A DNA stretch of 64,000 bases from Eledone cirrhosa (lineage: Eukaryota), in contig OZ024742.1 in the NCBI GenBank assembly GCA_964016885.1, positions 224,254,001 to 224,318,000 of the forward strand, in the 5' to 3' direction. The translations under genes were made by a program, and so were the position numbers. Of this stretch, positions 16,490 through 29,099 are shown piece by piece (the first letter of the stretch is position 1; each line of letters starts with the position of its first letter). The notes below the pieces were generated by a model, which saw nothing but the letters and a program-made list of their open reading frames with translations, searched no databases and was not told the DNA's origin.

Positions 16490-16728
16490 GGGGGAGATGG
16501 AGAGAGAGATAGAGAGAGAGAGGGGAGAGATGGAGAGAGAGAGAGGAAGAAAGGGATAGAGAGAGAGAGAGAGAGCTGTAAAAGAGAGAGAAGGTGAAAG
16601 ATAGCTACAAAAGAGAGATAGGAGAGAGAGAAAGGGTGACATAGAGAGGATGTGAGTGAGAGTGAGAGAGAGATAGGGAGAGATAAAAAGGGAGAGAAAG
16701 AGAGAGAAAGAGAGAAAAAGAGGAAGAT

Positions 16729-16766
<38 letters not shown>

Positions 16767-16962
16767 TGGAGAGAGAGAGGAAGAAAGGGATAGATATAGA
16801 GAGAGAGAGCTGTAAAAGAGAGAGAAGGTGAAAGATAGCTACAAAAGAGAGATAGGAGAGAGAGAAAGGGTGACATAGAGAGGATGTGAGTGAGAGTGGG
16901 AGAGAGATAGGGAGAGATAAAAAGGGAGAGAAAGAGAGAGAAAGAGAGAAAAAGAGGGAGAT

Positions 16963-17000
<38 letters not shown>

Positions 17001-17242
17001 TGGAGAGAGAGAGGAAGAAAGGGATAGATATAGAGAGAGAGAGCTGTAAAAGAGAGAGAAGGTGAAAGATAGCTACAAAAGAGAGATAGGAGAGAGAGAA
17101 AGGGTGACATAGAGAGGATGTGAGTGAGAGTGGGAGAGAGATAGGAGAGATAAAAAGGGAGAGAAAGAGAGAGAAAGAGAGAGAAAGAGAGAGAAAGAGA
17201 GAGAAAGAGAGAGAAAGAGAGAAAAAGAGGGAGATAGAAAGA

Positions 17243-17309
<67 letters not shown>

Positions 17310-17310
17310 A
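16490..17310. repeat. GA-rich ~234-bp tandem repeat (about 3 copies) ending in (GA)n
   Basis: GCTGTAAAAGAGAGAGAAGGTGAAAGATAGCTACAAAAG recurs near 16575, 16809 and 17043. Confidence 0.9.
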
Positions 17311-17518
17311 GGACAAGAAGCCAAAAAGTGTAAAGAAATAAAGTGATAGAAAATATTGGTTGATAAATCTAAATATAATTAACTGGAATGGGGTTACGTA
17401 CACACACATACACACATATGTATATATGTATATAGATTATATATATTTGCGTATGAATATACACACACATACACATCTACCTACCTACATATCTAGTAAG
17501 GTTACATGTCACACAATG

Positions 17519-17559
<41 letters not shown>

Positions 17560-17560
<1 letters not shown>

Positions 17561-17819
17561 GGAAAAATTTGAACAGGGACAAAACAGAGAGGCAGTACAA
17601 CGAATGTTTATTAATTTCACGCTCTGGAGAGTGGGGTGTTGGTGGGGGACGACGTTTCGGGCATAAGCCCTTCCTCAGGTGATAAGTGTGTGGGAACAGA
17701 GTTCAAAGGGTGTGTAGGGGAGTGGTGGAGAGACATATAGCGAAAGGAAACGGTGCGAATGAAAAAAATAAAAATAAAAATAAAAATAAAGCATGATCAA
17801 AATACAAGGAATGAAATAA

Positions 17820-17820
<1 letters not shown>
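17560..17820 (-). mobile_element. Penelope-like terminal fragment with minimal hammerhead core (17648-17678) followed by AATAAA
   Basis: Minus strand CTGAGGA-A-GGGC-TTAT-GCCC-GAAAC-GTC-GTC, then AATAAA; flanked by (TA)n. Stem I does not pair. Confidence 0.6.
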
Positions 17821-17866
<46 letters not shown>

Positions 17867-18023
17867 TATATATATTTACATACATACATATATATATATA
17901 TGTATATATATATATATGTGTTGTATATATGTGTATGCATATATGTAATATATATACATATGTGTGTGTGTATGCGTATGTGTGTACGTGTGTGCAAACG
18001 TCATCCATATATCTGTATTAATG

Positions 18024-18290
18024 CGAGTGGCGTAATAGTTAGGGAATTTGGATCACGATCGTAAAATCATAAGTTCGGCTCCCGGCAGCCCAATGTGTTC
18101 TTGAGCAAGATACTTTATTTCGCATTGCTCCAGTCACCGCCAGCAGGAAAAATTTTGATACACTGTGTCACGCTAAATCTCTCAGAGAACCTCATCTATA
18201 AAATGATCAGCCCCTTGCACGTTAATTTCATGAGCAGTCTGTTCCATTGATTGAACAATTGTAACAAGCATCGTCGAAACCGACGGAGTA
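18024..18290 (+). mobile_element. tRNA-derived SINE family 2 (V/Meta/CORE-type domain)
   Basis: tRNA-like head, then GTGTTCTTGAGCAAGATACTTTATTTC; 3' end ...CCGACGGAG shared with other copies. Confidence 0.7.
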
Positions 18291-18344
18291 TTTATTCAAT
18301 ATATATATAAGTGTTGTGTATAAGTCACTTATATATATATATAT

Positions 18345-18490
18345 AAGTTATCCCGTGTTCAATTGGGGGTAAGGTACTCAATACATAGCAGAGTATAAAT
18401 ATTTAATATAGAACAGGACTAGAACTAGAACATCAGGATGATTTCTCCCGAATGAAACGGTTCTAGTCCTGTAGAAACCATTTCTATATT

Positions 18491-18493
<3 letters not shown>
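18345..18493. mobile_element. Inverted pair of hammerhead family B fragments; core broken at the inversion junction
   Basis: Left part matches 48115-48215; right part GATGATTTC..GAATGAAACGGTTCTAGTCCTGTAGAA matches 48568-48607. Confidence 0.7.
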
Positions 18494-18551
<58 letters not shown>

Positions 18552-18569
18552 CAGTGTGTGCTTGTGGTT

Positions 18570-18880
18570 GTGGCTTGGCGAAATGGTTAAGATGTGCGTG
18601 ACATCTTGAACAAGTGTCATTTACCGTGGCGTCTGGTTGAATTAGTCCTTATGAGGGACATTGGGTTGACGGGAACTGTTTGGAACCCTGTCAGGTGGAT
18701 TGTTCATGTAATTTAAAAGGCCACCTGCGTCAAGCTGAATCTTCCTGAGAACCACATTAATGGTATACGTGTTTGTGCAAATTCTCGACTGCTTGCACGT
18801 TAACTTCGCTAGTAGGCTAGGCTGTACCGTTGATCGAAGATCAGTTGGAACACTCATCGTTAGAATTGACGGAGGTCCAA
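18570..18880 (+). mobile_element. Diverged SINE family 2-related copy
   Basis: CAAGTGTCATTTACC core and 3' GACGGAGGTCCA shared with 41440-41772. Confidence 0.6.
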
Positions 18881-18902
18881 CATATACTTGCTACTAATAT
18901 AT

Positions 18903-19253
18903 ATTATTTCTGAAGACGGCGGGTAGTGAAGACGTATGTATTTTTTTCTTACTATGATATTTTGTAATATGTTTTACATAGATCAATAATTGAATGAACA
19001 TACAGGGAACTACCCCCCCCCCCCACACACACACACCCAGAAACGATCGTAAAATAATGAGTTTTACTATGAATTAACAGTTTTGTGTTTAATTTCATTG
19101 TTTTAATATTTCTATTTTGACTCTGTATCTAATTGAATTATATCGTTGAAAATTTTTGTATTTTAAACTTTGCTTCACGACATCTTCTACATACGGATTG
19201 CATTGAGTTCTTTATACGGTTTAGACCCTACCATTGATTAGTAGATTTATCTG
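18903..19253 (+). mobile_element. Hammerhead family A element, copy 1 (ribozyme fold 18903-19058)
   Basis: ATTATTT-CTGAAGA-CGGCGGGTAGT...ACTACCC...GAAA-CGATCG-TA-AAATAAT; near-identical to the reverse complement of 28226-28560. Confidence 0.85.
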
Positions 19254-19417
19254 TATATATGTATGTTTATATATACACATATTATATAGTTATACTTGGG
19301 AGGGTCATATTGTTGTAATAATATTGCCAGAAATAATAACAGAACACACGCACTGTTTGGTTGGTTTTCGCATCTGTATCTTTTATATATCTCTTATGTA
19401 TTATATATATATATATA

Positions 19418-19534
19418 ATAGTTCAAATCCCCCCGAGGTTAACTTTGCCTTTCATCCTTACGGGTTCAATAAAATAAAGTACCAGTAATACACTGGGATA
19501 ATTGCTGGCCTTGTGCCAGAAGTAGAAACAATTA
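19418..19534 (+). mobile_element. SINE family 1, 5'-truncated
   Basis: Matches ~16258-16374. Confidence 0.8.
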
Positions 19535-19542
19535 TATATATA

Positions 19543-19640
19543 CAGGGTCTCCCAAAAATTCTATACACACTTTAACAGCATTCTAATAAATATTGCCTGT
19601 ACAGGTAATCAAAGTATGTATACATTTCTTGGGGTCATTG
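19543..19640 (-). mobile_element. ~98-bp Tc1/mariner-type MITE (opposite orientation, diverged)
   Basis: TIR CAGGGTCTCCCAAAAA, TA flanks, internal sequence is the reverse complement of 54159-54256. Confidence 0.8.
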
Positions 19641-19727
19641 TATAATACATATATGTGTGTGTGTGAGTTTGTGAGCGTGTATGTGTGTGAGTGTATATGT
19701 ATGTGCGTGTACTATGTCGTGTGAATG

Positions 19728-19799
<72 letters not shown>

Positions 19800-20570
19800 T
19801 ATACATATATATACATACATACATATAACATAATACACGCACATACATACATACAAATATGCATACATACATACATACATACAAACATACAAATATACAT
19901 ACATACATACAAATATACATACATACATACAAACATACAAATATACATACATACATACACATATGTATACATACATACATACAAACATACAAATATACAT
20001 ACATACATACAAATATGTATACATACATACAAACATACAAACATACAAATATACATACATACATACAAATATGTATACATACAAACATACAAACATACAA
20101 ATATACATACATACATACAAATAAGTATACATACATACATACAAACATACAAATATACATACATACATACATGCATACATACATACATACATGTATGTAT
20201 ATTAGTTGATGCTGATGGCGGTAAGCGGCCAGTATTGAATTACGTTAGTTGGTGGCTGACAGCCGAGAATAGGAGACGGCAGTCAGAAGACGTAGAAATG
20301 AAAACATTATATCAATAAGGGTCACTGCCTTAGGCCAGATACAATCCCCTTTGTCAATTAATACGTTGCAAGCTTGCTGACCCCTGTAAAAGGCGACACA
20401 TCAAGCGTGCGGCATTGGGGTGTGGGTGTTGTTAGACCTTAATGTAAAAGTGGGATGGCAGAAAAGAGATGGCAAACTTACAACAATGGAGGCGGGTTAA
20501 TGGTAGACAGAGTAATCTTACTGTTTTGTGTTGTTTCTTATTACACTACAGTTTTAGCTTTCCACATACA

Positions 20571-20671
20571 CAGGGTGTCCCCCAAAAATGTATACACACT
20601 TTGATAACCTGTACAGGCAATATTTATTAGAATGCTGTTGAAGTGGGTATACATTTTTGGGGGATATCCTG
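20571..20671 (+). mobile_element. Tc1/mariner-type MITE
   Basis: CAGGGTGTCCCCCAAAAATGTATAC...GTATACATTTTTGGGGGATATCCTG. Confidence 0.85.
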
Positions 20672-20726
<55 letters not shown>

Positions 20727-20954
20727 GAAGTATTTCCGTCGGAAAGGTACTGGAATATATATATATGAATATATATATATGTGTGTGTGTGTAGGTATAA
20801 TATACATGCATACACACGCACACAAACATATCTAAATATGAGGGAGAAAGAGAGAGAAACAGAGAGAGGGAAAGGGAGAGGGGGAGAGAGATAAAGAGAC
20901 AACGAGTGAGAGAGAGAGAGCGAGATAGAGAGACACACACACACATACACACAC

Positions 20955-21039
<85 letters not shown>

Positions 21040-21344
21040 AATGAAGGAGATAGCTCATAGCTCTGGCAAAGATAGCTTCACTGTACATTGAACAAAACCA
21101 ATTTTCCTTGAGGTTAACTTACTCAATATTTTGCCGTGAAAAGAGAAATATTTAAAGATGAGAACAGCGAAAATGAAGTCATGATTATTGAAGACACCCA
21201 GAAGTCAATGACACAAATAAAAACCTCACATATGAGTGTCTGTTCATTTCAACCCGTCTCTTAGGGTAATTTACTATTATCTGTAGTAAACAACTGTTAT
21301 TACAGTCATTTTCTGCATTTGGGACATACACACACACTCACACA

Positions 21345-21415
<71 letters not shown>

Positions 21416-21877
21416 GCATGCACACAAACACATGCACACAAACACATACACACAAACACATACACACAAACACACGACAGCTTTGGGGCAAGCAGAATTT
21501 TGACTGCTTACTAAATTGTAGACACATAAAAAGATAACACACACACACACACACACTAGATAACACTACATGCGGCTTTGACCGGGAGGGTCATTTTGAA
21601 GGAATTGGGTGGGGGGAGGCTGCACAGCCCCACTTTCCGCCATGGCGATTGGACTGCATGTCCTGCTTTCCAGGTTACCCTTCGCCACTGGAGTGCACAC
21701 ATGCAGACATAGAAAATACAGAAGAATTCACAGACACATACGTGTATACCTGTACATACAAACGTGCACACACCAACAATACAAGTAACCCAAACACACA
21801 CATACATAAACATCCACATGCGCACACACATATTCATACAAAAACATACATGCACGTACACACACACACGCACACAC

Positions 21878-21990
<113 letters not shown>

Positions 21991-22324
21991 TACTACATAA
22001 TTTATTTCCCTCCAAAATTCCGATGTTCCAACGGTTTCTCTCTTTCCTAACTCTCTATTTCCCGAAGAAGGATTTATGTGTGAAACATTAAACCCTCTTC
22101 GATAATATTATGATAGGTTCTTCTCTCTTTGATTTCATCGAATCGATCCACAAGATCCCAGACCTCATTCGCTTACACAGTGGGATGAAATTCGTCAAAC
22201 CAGACGAAGGAAAGAATGTTTTCATTGTTTTTTTTTTTCCATTGTTGATACTATCTACCGGCTGCAACTGCAAAAGTAACGTGAAATAAAGTGTCTTGTT
22301 TTATATCTTACCAAACCACACCAA

Positions 22325-22440
22325 GGAAGAAAATGGATACTGGACAAATTCCTCCATGAAATTCCAGATAACCCACCAACACCTTGGATATGTTTTGGCC
22401 AAATAACCAAACAACAGTTCCTTGCTCGAATGGGCCACTG
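22325..22440 (+). mobile_element. 3' fragment of a LINE ORF2 (RTE-X/CR1-like C-terminus), decayed
   Basis: Translates LDKFLHEIPDNPPTP, then after a frameshift GYV...NNSSLLEWA, resembling the LDKFLxxIPDxP..GY..SNSLL LINE C-terminal motif (from recall). Confidence 0.5.
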
Positions 22441-22699
22441 TGGCCAAAGTATGACTGAGGTGTGAAACATAATTTAAAAGACTTCGCCAGGTGGTGCTAT
22501 TAATTTTGAGAGGGTTTGGGACAATAGCGACAGAAAATTATCAAAGTCACCGAAAGTTATATAAGTATATACGTCTTTCTGTGCGTATATCCGTATGTGT
22601 ATGTATGTATGCATTTTAGAATGTATGTATTTTTGTATGTATGTATGTGTACACAAATGCAAACATACATATATACACTCGTGTGTATATATATATATA

Positions 22700-22948
22700 T
22701 ATAGTGAAATAAGATAACAAGGACGATTGGTTACTCCTTCATTACGTTTATTGGTTGGTGACGCGCGTTTCGCCACTGATCAACTCAAGGTCGATCCAAT
22801 AAACGTAATGAAGGATTAACCAATCGTCCTTGTTATCTTATTTGACTATAATACACTCTGTATAGCTCTACGCCGCGACACTGAAGTGAACCTAAACATC
22901 GAGTGCTCACCCGGGTGAACCTACAGTAACTCCAAGTTACAATCCCTG
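22700..22948. mobile_element. Penelope-like inverted terminal pair (55-bp arms) with the 3' half of a hammerhead
   Basis: Arms 22700-22754 and 22796-22850 (2 mismatches); minus strand GGCGAAACGCGCGTC then AATAAA; (TA)n on both sides. Confidence 0.7.
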
Positions 22949-23394
22949 TATATATATATATATATGAAATATATATTCGAGAATAACTCTTATTATTTAA
23001 AATTAATCTTTATTACGCCAGTTAATTTGTAACCCCAAAATTTCATTTGTTCGGACAACTTAAGGCTCATCTACGAAACCGACGGAGGTTGCATTATTCT
23101 TAAAAGGGAAACGTCCAGTCAAAGACGATTTATCAACATTAAAAATTTGGAGGTAGAACAAATGCTTCTATTTCAAATATTAATTTAGGGAAGAAAATAA
23201 ATATTCATCGATACAACAACAAAAAATTGTTCTTCCTTCAACTGAAAGAAAATCTTGCAGTGAGAACCGCTTCAAGGGAAAACCTTAATGTTTTTTTCTG
23301 AAGGGGTAATTCTGAATTATTTTCCCCAAAAAAGGTGAGGGGGTAACATACATATTTATTTATTTTATGCATACCTCTCAAGAAAGATTACACT

Positions 23395-23525
23395 TTTTTT
23401 TATTATTTTACCAGCTTCAGTGATAGGACTGCGACCAGTCTGGGGCACCTTCGTAAAGAGATGTTACTTGATTATATCGACCCCAGTACGTGTACTTGTT
23501 TTTTCTTCTAGTCTTGTACTTATTC
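23395..23525 (-). mobile_element. SINE family 3 (tRNA-derived), diverged
   Basis: GACTGCGACCAGTCTGGGGCACC...ATCGACCCCAGTAC pattern shared with 25603-25790 and 29768-29915. Confidence 0.6.
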
Positions 23526-23544
23526 GCGGACCATTATAACCGGT

Positions 23545-24035
23545 CATAGCAACAAACCATCATTATCAAGAGCCATAGCAACAAACCATCATAACAATAG
23601 CTATAGCAACAAAATATCATAATCAATAGCCATAGCAACAAACCATCATAATCAATAGCCATAGTAACAAGCGATCTTAATCAATAGCTATAGTAACAAA
23701 CCTTAGCCATAGTAAAAACCTTAGCCATAGCAACAAACCCTCATAATTAATAGCCATAGAAACAAACCATCATAATGAAGAGCAATAGCAACAAACCATC
23801 ATAATCAATAGCCATAGCATCAAGCGATCTTAATCAACAGCCATAGCAACAAGCCATCATAATCAATAGCTATAGCAACAAACGATCATAATCAATAGCC
23901 ATAGCAACAAACCATCATAATCAAGAACAATAGTAACAAGCGATCATAATCAACAGCCATAGAAACAAACCATCATAATCAATAACCATAGCAACAAGCG
24001 ATCATAATAAATAGCCATAGCAACAAACTATCGTA
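23545..24035. repeat. 29-bp minisatellite (AGCCATAGCAACAAACCATCATAATCAAT)
   Basis: Period 29 (e.g. 23628 and 23657). Confidence 0.95.
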
Positions 24036-24148
24036 ACATGTCTTGCGGTTACAGGTTTATTTTTTTATCTTTTGACCTCTTTCGATCATTAGACGGCGGT
24101 CATAATGGGGCATCGCCTTGAAAGGATTTAACCGATCATATCGACCCA

Positions 24149-24613
24149 AGCACAAACTGGTGAGCTGAACAATCTCCACTGTTTCAACGTCCTCAGTTTG
24201 CTCATGGACTTCTCTGAATTTGAATGCAATAGCATCTGCATACCTCGTCCTGGCTTCCTTTTCCACCAATGCTTCCCACTTTATCCGGTAGGTCGCTCTG
24301 GATCTGCCAGTTTTGTGGGCTTCTTTCGTTTTAGGTAGACTCAAGTTGCAGATAACTAGGTGATCAGTTGACAGCTCATCCCCTCTCTTAACACGAACAT
24401 CCAGCACAGAATCGAAGAGATGAGATAAAATAACAAAATCAATTATTGGTCTTTATCCTTGATTTCCCTTATACCATGTATATTTATGGATGTCTCTGTG
24501 CTGGAAGAAGGTGTTCATAATAGAGAGTTCATTTCTAGAACAGATGTTAATAAGGTCTCTCCATTTGTATTTAGCTCGGGGTCGCCATTCCCTCCAATCA
24601 CATCTTTCCTTGT
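24149..24613 (-). mobile_element. RTE-clade LINE, inverted 5' segment: C-terminal part of the APE endonuclease plus linker (pseudogene)
   Basis: Minus strand DVIGGNGDPELNTNGETLL..NTFFQH..IDFV..LDVRVKRGDELSTDHLVIC, with frameshifts. Confidence 0.9.
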
Positions 24614-25488
24614 CAGGATTGACATGCGCAGCCAGGCTGGAAGTGGTATCATGACTGGCAGTTGTAAAATCAGTCGGCTGGAATTTTTAGACGACATGGT
24701 GTTACTTAACTCGAGAGAAGATGATCTTCGACTTGCACGTGATAGGTTTGATGCCAAGTGTTGTATGGTTGGAATGAAAAATCAGTGCTGCAAAAGCTGA
24801 GACACTCGTCCTCTCAAGGAAGCCTGCGCAGTGCACTCTACATGTAAATGGAGTTCCACTGAAGCAGGTAGAGAAGTTCAAGAATCTGGAGGCCGTGTTC
24901 ACGAGTGATGGAAGGCAGGAGGCTGAATTAAGTGCAAGAATTGCAGGAGCTCGTGCAGTAGTGCGGTAGCTTCAGCATTCGGCAATCAGAAGGGAGGTAG
25001 GCGTGAAAGCCAAACTCGCTATCTTCAGTTCGGTATTCGTGCCAACCCTTACCTATGGTCATGAAACTTGGGTAATGAGTGAAAGAATACGATCATGAAT
25101 ATAAGCAGCCGGAATGGGATTCCTCCGAATGGTCTTAGGAGTAACGTTACTCGATAGAGTGTGTGGCTCAGAGATCAGAGAGTCACTCCAGGTAGAGCTG
25201 CTACTTCTCCGAATTGAGAGATCATTGCTCCAATATTATGGGCATGTGGTTAGAATGTCTCATGAAAAAATCGCTGGGCAGATTTTACGGGCAAAACTAA
25301 CCAGCATGAAACCCAGTGGTAGACCCCGAGCAAAATGGTTGGATCATACTCATGAACTTGACTGGTCTCTCCTGGGGGTCCACCCGGATCAGTTAGAGAC
25401 CGTTGCTTCTGCCAGGACCCCTGGAAGGAGTGTTTGAGCAATCTGCCACCACGACCTTATCAGGAATAGGTGGGCAAGAAAGAAGAAG
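24614..25488 (+). mobile_element. RTE-clade LINE 3' segment: reverse transcriptase C-terminal half and tail (pseudogene)
   Basis: ISRLEFLDDMVLL (FADD box), QVEKFK, VPTLTYGHETW, YYGHVVRM, GRPRAKW; internal stops; (GAA)n tail. Confidence 0.93.
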
Positions 25489-25602
25489 ATATCGACTCCA
25501 TTCTTTCAAGTCTGGTACTTATTCTATCGATTTCTTTTTGTTGAGCCGCTAAGTTACGGGGCACAAACAATAAGCGTAAACACACCCACTTGTATATTCT
25601 TT

Positions 25603-25790
25603 TATTCTTTTATTGTTTTACTGGTGTTAATCATTAGACTGCCGCCATACTGAGGAGGGGGTGGTGGTGTAATAAAGGGATTTAGCTGATCGTATTGACC
25701 CTAGTACTTTCTTTTTCTAAGTCGAGTGTATAATTTTATCGATCTCCGTTTTGTTAGAACCGTTAAGTTACGGGATATAAGCAAACAGTA
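25603..25790 (-). mobile_element. SINE family 3
   Basis: TCATTAGACTGCCGCCATACTG...GAACCGTTAAGTTACGGG. Confidence 0.65.
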
Positions 25791-26369
25791 AACTTAAACA
25801 CATACACATACACCCATTTACACACAACACCACACGTATACCCCGCCCCTACATACACCGATACATAAAACATGTTCCTCCACTGAAACAAAATCTTGAT
25901 GTGAAAACCGCTGTAAGTGCAGATCTTATTAGTTTAAAAGAGGTAATGATAAGATACTTTCTTAAAGAAAAGTGGTAGTGTGGTGACAAAAAATATATAA
26001 ATACACATTTCCTTATATTATCGCTCAATAAAGGATTATTTATGTTCAATATAAATTTTGTAACGTAGTTTTCTTTCTTTCGTTTCGGTTTTGTTTTTCG
26101 TACCATTATGTGTTTTTTCTTCAAAATTTATAACCATTAGGGACACGGATAAAGTTTCACTATAATTGTCTCTTCATTTTTGTCTTTAACTCCCTTAATT
26201 AATCCCCCAAAGCGAAGGAAAAGACGCCCCAAACGTAAATGGCTCCTTTATATAGTAAAATGTCAGAAAAAGGTGTAGGGTTACTTGTGATATTTCTCGA
26301 CTGTCAAATATTTTATGTTGTTTAACTGCTTTACTAAAGATTAAAAACTCCCACTTTGACATATACGAA

Positions 26370-26454
<85 letters not shown>

Positions 26455-26589
26455 GTGTACGCCTGTATGTGTTATGATTTATATAAGCAAAGGATTACAA
26501 GCCTGACAATATATTACTTCTGTTGGTTGGTTGTTGTTCACAGGCACTAAACTAAACTACTCTGAACATTAACATTGAATTATGTATAC

Positions 26590-26620
<31 letters not shown>

Positions 26621-26874
26621 TGTATGTATGTCTCTTTCTCTTAATTTCGAGTATATTTTTTTTGACCGGCCACCTTCCTGGTGGCAAGGTTGTAAAAGAA
26701 AAGAAATTGTCATCCCTTGAATCGCAAGAATGTTTTGCAAATGTTGAAGGTGCCAGCTATCGCAGCCATTTGTAGACTATGAATTAGGGAGCTGCGCTTT
26801 TTGTCCGCAAATGTATGTATGTATGTATGTATGTATGTATGTATGTATGTATGTATGTATGTATGTATGTATGT

Positions 26875-27290
26875 ATGACTCCTTAGCCTTTGTCAAGGCA
26901 GAATTCTAGGAGAAGGAAAACTCTGATATAACACCTGCAACCCTGATGGTATCCAATGATGTTGACTTGTTCTTCTTTTTGGTAAATATCATCTTGGTTA
27001 AGAGAGTGGGACTGGCTTTGTGCAGTGCCTTTGCTCACCATAAAAGCTTCACGGCACAGGCATTGCTTTATATCTGGAGATCTCTCTGTACTTGTCATCA
27101 CATGGTACCATGGGCCCAGCACTATGTGTCAATAATTGTCACAAGTGTAGTGTTTGTACCAGAGTTTTCAAGTCGCTGGCTGGACTAAAAAGTCACACTT
27201 GTTCAGCGCATCGGTAGGAGTTCACCTACATGGATATAAAGTAGTGGCCGTACTCGAAAACGAATTGGCAGCCACCATGTATGTATGTAT
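26875..27290 (+). mobile_element. Non-autonomous RTE-like retroposon, 5'-truncated copy, with C2H2 zinc-finger remnant and (ATGT)n tail
   Basis: Highly similar to 54696-55093; 27146-27211 encodes CSVCTRVFKSLAGLKSHTCSAH (C-x2-C-x12-H-x4-H). Confidence 0.8.
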
Positions 27291-27404
27291 GTATGTGTGT
27301 GTGTATGTATGTATGTATGTACGTGAATATATATATATATATATATATAAAGTGTGTATAAGTTATAGATTTATAGCAATGATTATTATCACCAGGGTAA
27401 TTCT

Positions 27405-27440
<36 letters not shown>

Positions 27441-27492
27441 CTCTCTCTTTCTCTCTCTCTCTCTATATATATATATATACTTTCTATTCTCT

Positions 27493-27549
27493 CAGTTGCA
27501 ATAAGAGATAGGGAGAGGAGGATCCTCTCCCCTTCTCTTATTGCAACTG
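27493..27549. repeat. Near-perfect foldback hairpin
   Basis: CAGTTGCAATAAGAGATAGGGAGAGG / CCTCTCCCCTTCTCTTATTGCAACTG. Confidence 0.85.
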
Positions 27550-28161
27550 TCTCTTTCCCATCTCGCTCTCAATGCTCTATCTTTCTCTATCTAACCTAAA
27601 TCTCCCATAGTCAAGATGCTCCCACCATCCATCCTGCTCTCTCTTCGACTGCCATCTCTTTATCTATTTTACCTAAATCACCTTCTCCTAAGACACCTTT
27701 CTATTCCTTCTCTCTCACTGCCAACCCCTTCTCTATCTAACCTAAACCCCTCCCAGTAAGTACACCACCCTATCTTTCTAGTGCCAACATGAAAACCAGT
27801 TGACATCGGCACGGTAAACTCTGAAAATAATTGTCTCCTCTTATGGTCACTGAAACACTCAACAAAGTGACGTCCTCACACCAGCCCAGCATACGTCGTA
27901 GAAAAGCCAAGGGACTGGCGATCATTATCTAAATATGCCAGCTAAACTTCGGTAACTTGATACAAGACCATAGTTTCCTCAAAATGGCAGACGACGATAT
28001 CGATAAAATCCGTCCAATTCATTAGAATAGTGACTATTAATTAAAATGGAAAGAAGCCGATCTTCAGATAAAGAAGAATCAAGGAAGCTATGTTTATATT
28101 GGTCTTGCTTAGCTGATATTATCTATCACACACACACATACACACACATGAATGTTTGTAT

Positions 28162-28230
<69 letters not shown>

Positions 28231-28422
28231 TAAATCTACCAATCAATGGTAGGGTCTAAACCGTATAAAGAACTCAATGTAATCCGTATGTAGAAGATGT
28301 CGTGAAGCAAAGTTTAAAATACAAAAATTTTATCAACGATATAATTCAATTAGATACAGAGTTAAAATAGAAATATTAAAACAATGAAATTAAACACAAA
28401 ACTGTTAATTCATAGTAAAACA

Positions 28423-28560
28423 CATTATTTTACGATCGTTTCTGGGGGGTAGTTCCCTGCATGTTCATTCAATTATTGATCTATGTAAAACATATTACAA
28501 AATATCATAGTGAGAAAAAGATACATACGTCTTCACTACCCGCCGTCTTCAGAAATAATG
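28423..28560 (-). ncRNA. Type I hammerhead ribozyme fold, family A, with 81-nt loop 2
   Basis: Stem I CATTATTT/AAATAATG (8 bp); CTGAAGA; stem II CGGCGGGTAGT/ACTACCCCCCA (9 of 11 paired); GAAA; palindromic stem III ACGATCGT; GUA site. Confidence 0.8.
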
Positions 28561-28563
28561 AAT

Positions 28564-28705
28564 TTATTTCTGAAGACGTAGTGAAGACGTATGTAGTGAA
28601 GACGTATGTATTTTTTTCTTACTATATTTTGTAATATGTTTTACATAGATCAATAATTGAATGAACATGCAGGGAACTACCCCCCAGAAACGATCGTAAA
28701 ATAAT
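28564..28705 (+). ncRNA. Family A hammerhead, stem II 5' strand damaged
   Basis: Core and stems I/III intact; GCGGG lost and a GTAGTGAAGACGTA duplication present. Confidence 0.6.
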
Positions 28706-28751
28706 GAGTTTTACTATGAATTAACAGTTTTGTGTTTAATTTCATTGTTTT

Positions 28752-28834
<83 letters not shown>

Positions 28835-28879
28835 CTCTCTCTCTCTCTCTCTCTCTCCCTCTTTCTCTCTCTCTATATA

Positions 28880-28980
28880 TAGGTTGTCCTAAAAAAAATG
28901 TATACACACTTTGATTATCCGTACAGGCAATATTTATTAGAATGCTGTTGATGTGTGCATACACTTTTTGGGACACCCTG
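28880..28980 (+). mobile_element. Tc1/mariner-type MITE
   Basis: Same family as 54159-54256; TA flanks. Confidence 0.85.
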
Positions 28981-29007
28981 TATATATATATATATATATA
29001 CACACAC

Positions 29008-29099
29008 AGAAGTAGTCTGAATCAGACCTAACTGAGGATCCGCATAAGGTGAAACATTAGTTCTCGGTATGGTGAACTAACTGTTGTGGAACTACTTCT
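29008..29099 (+). ncRNA. Type I hammerhead fold, family C (long stem III, GUU site), partly degenerate
   Basis: AGAAGTAGT/ACTACTTCT distal stem I; CTGAGGA; T-CC-GCATAA-GG-T; GAAA; CA-TTAGTTC/GAACTAA-C-TG; TT. Confidence 0.6.

Larger units (their letters stand above)
28226..28757. mobile_element. Head-to-head inverted pair of hammerhead family A elements (28226-28560 minus; 28564-28757 plus)
   Basis: Both arms match 18903-19253; bounded by (TA)n on the left and (CT)n on the right. Confidence 0.88.

Noticed and set aside
20200-20400. HDV-like or twister-like fold
   Set aside because: P1 and P3 can be drawn, but the P1.1 GG and the P2 3' strand are missing; no twister consensus.
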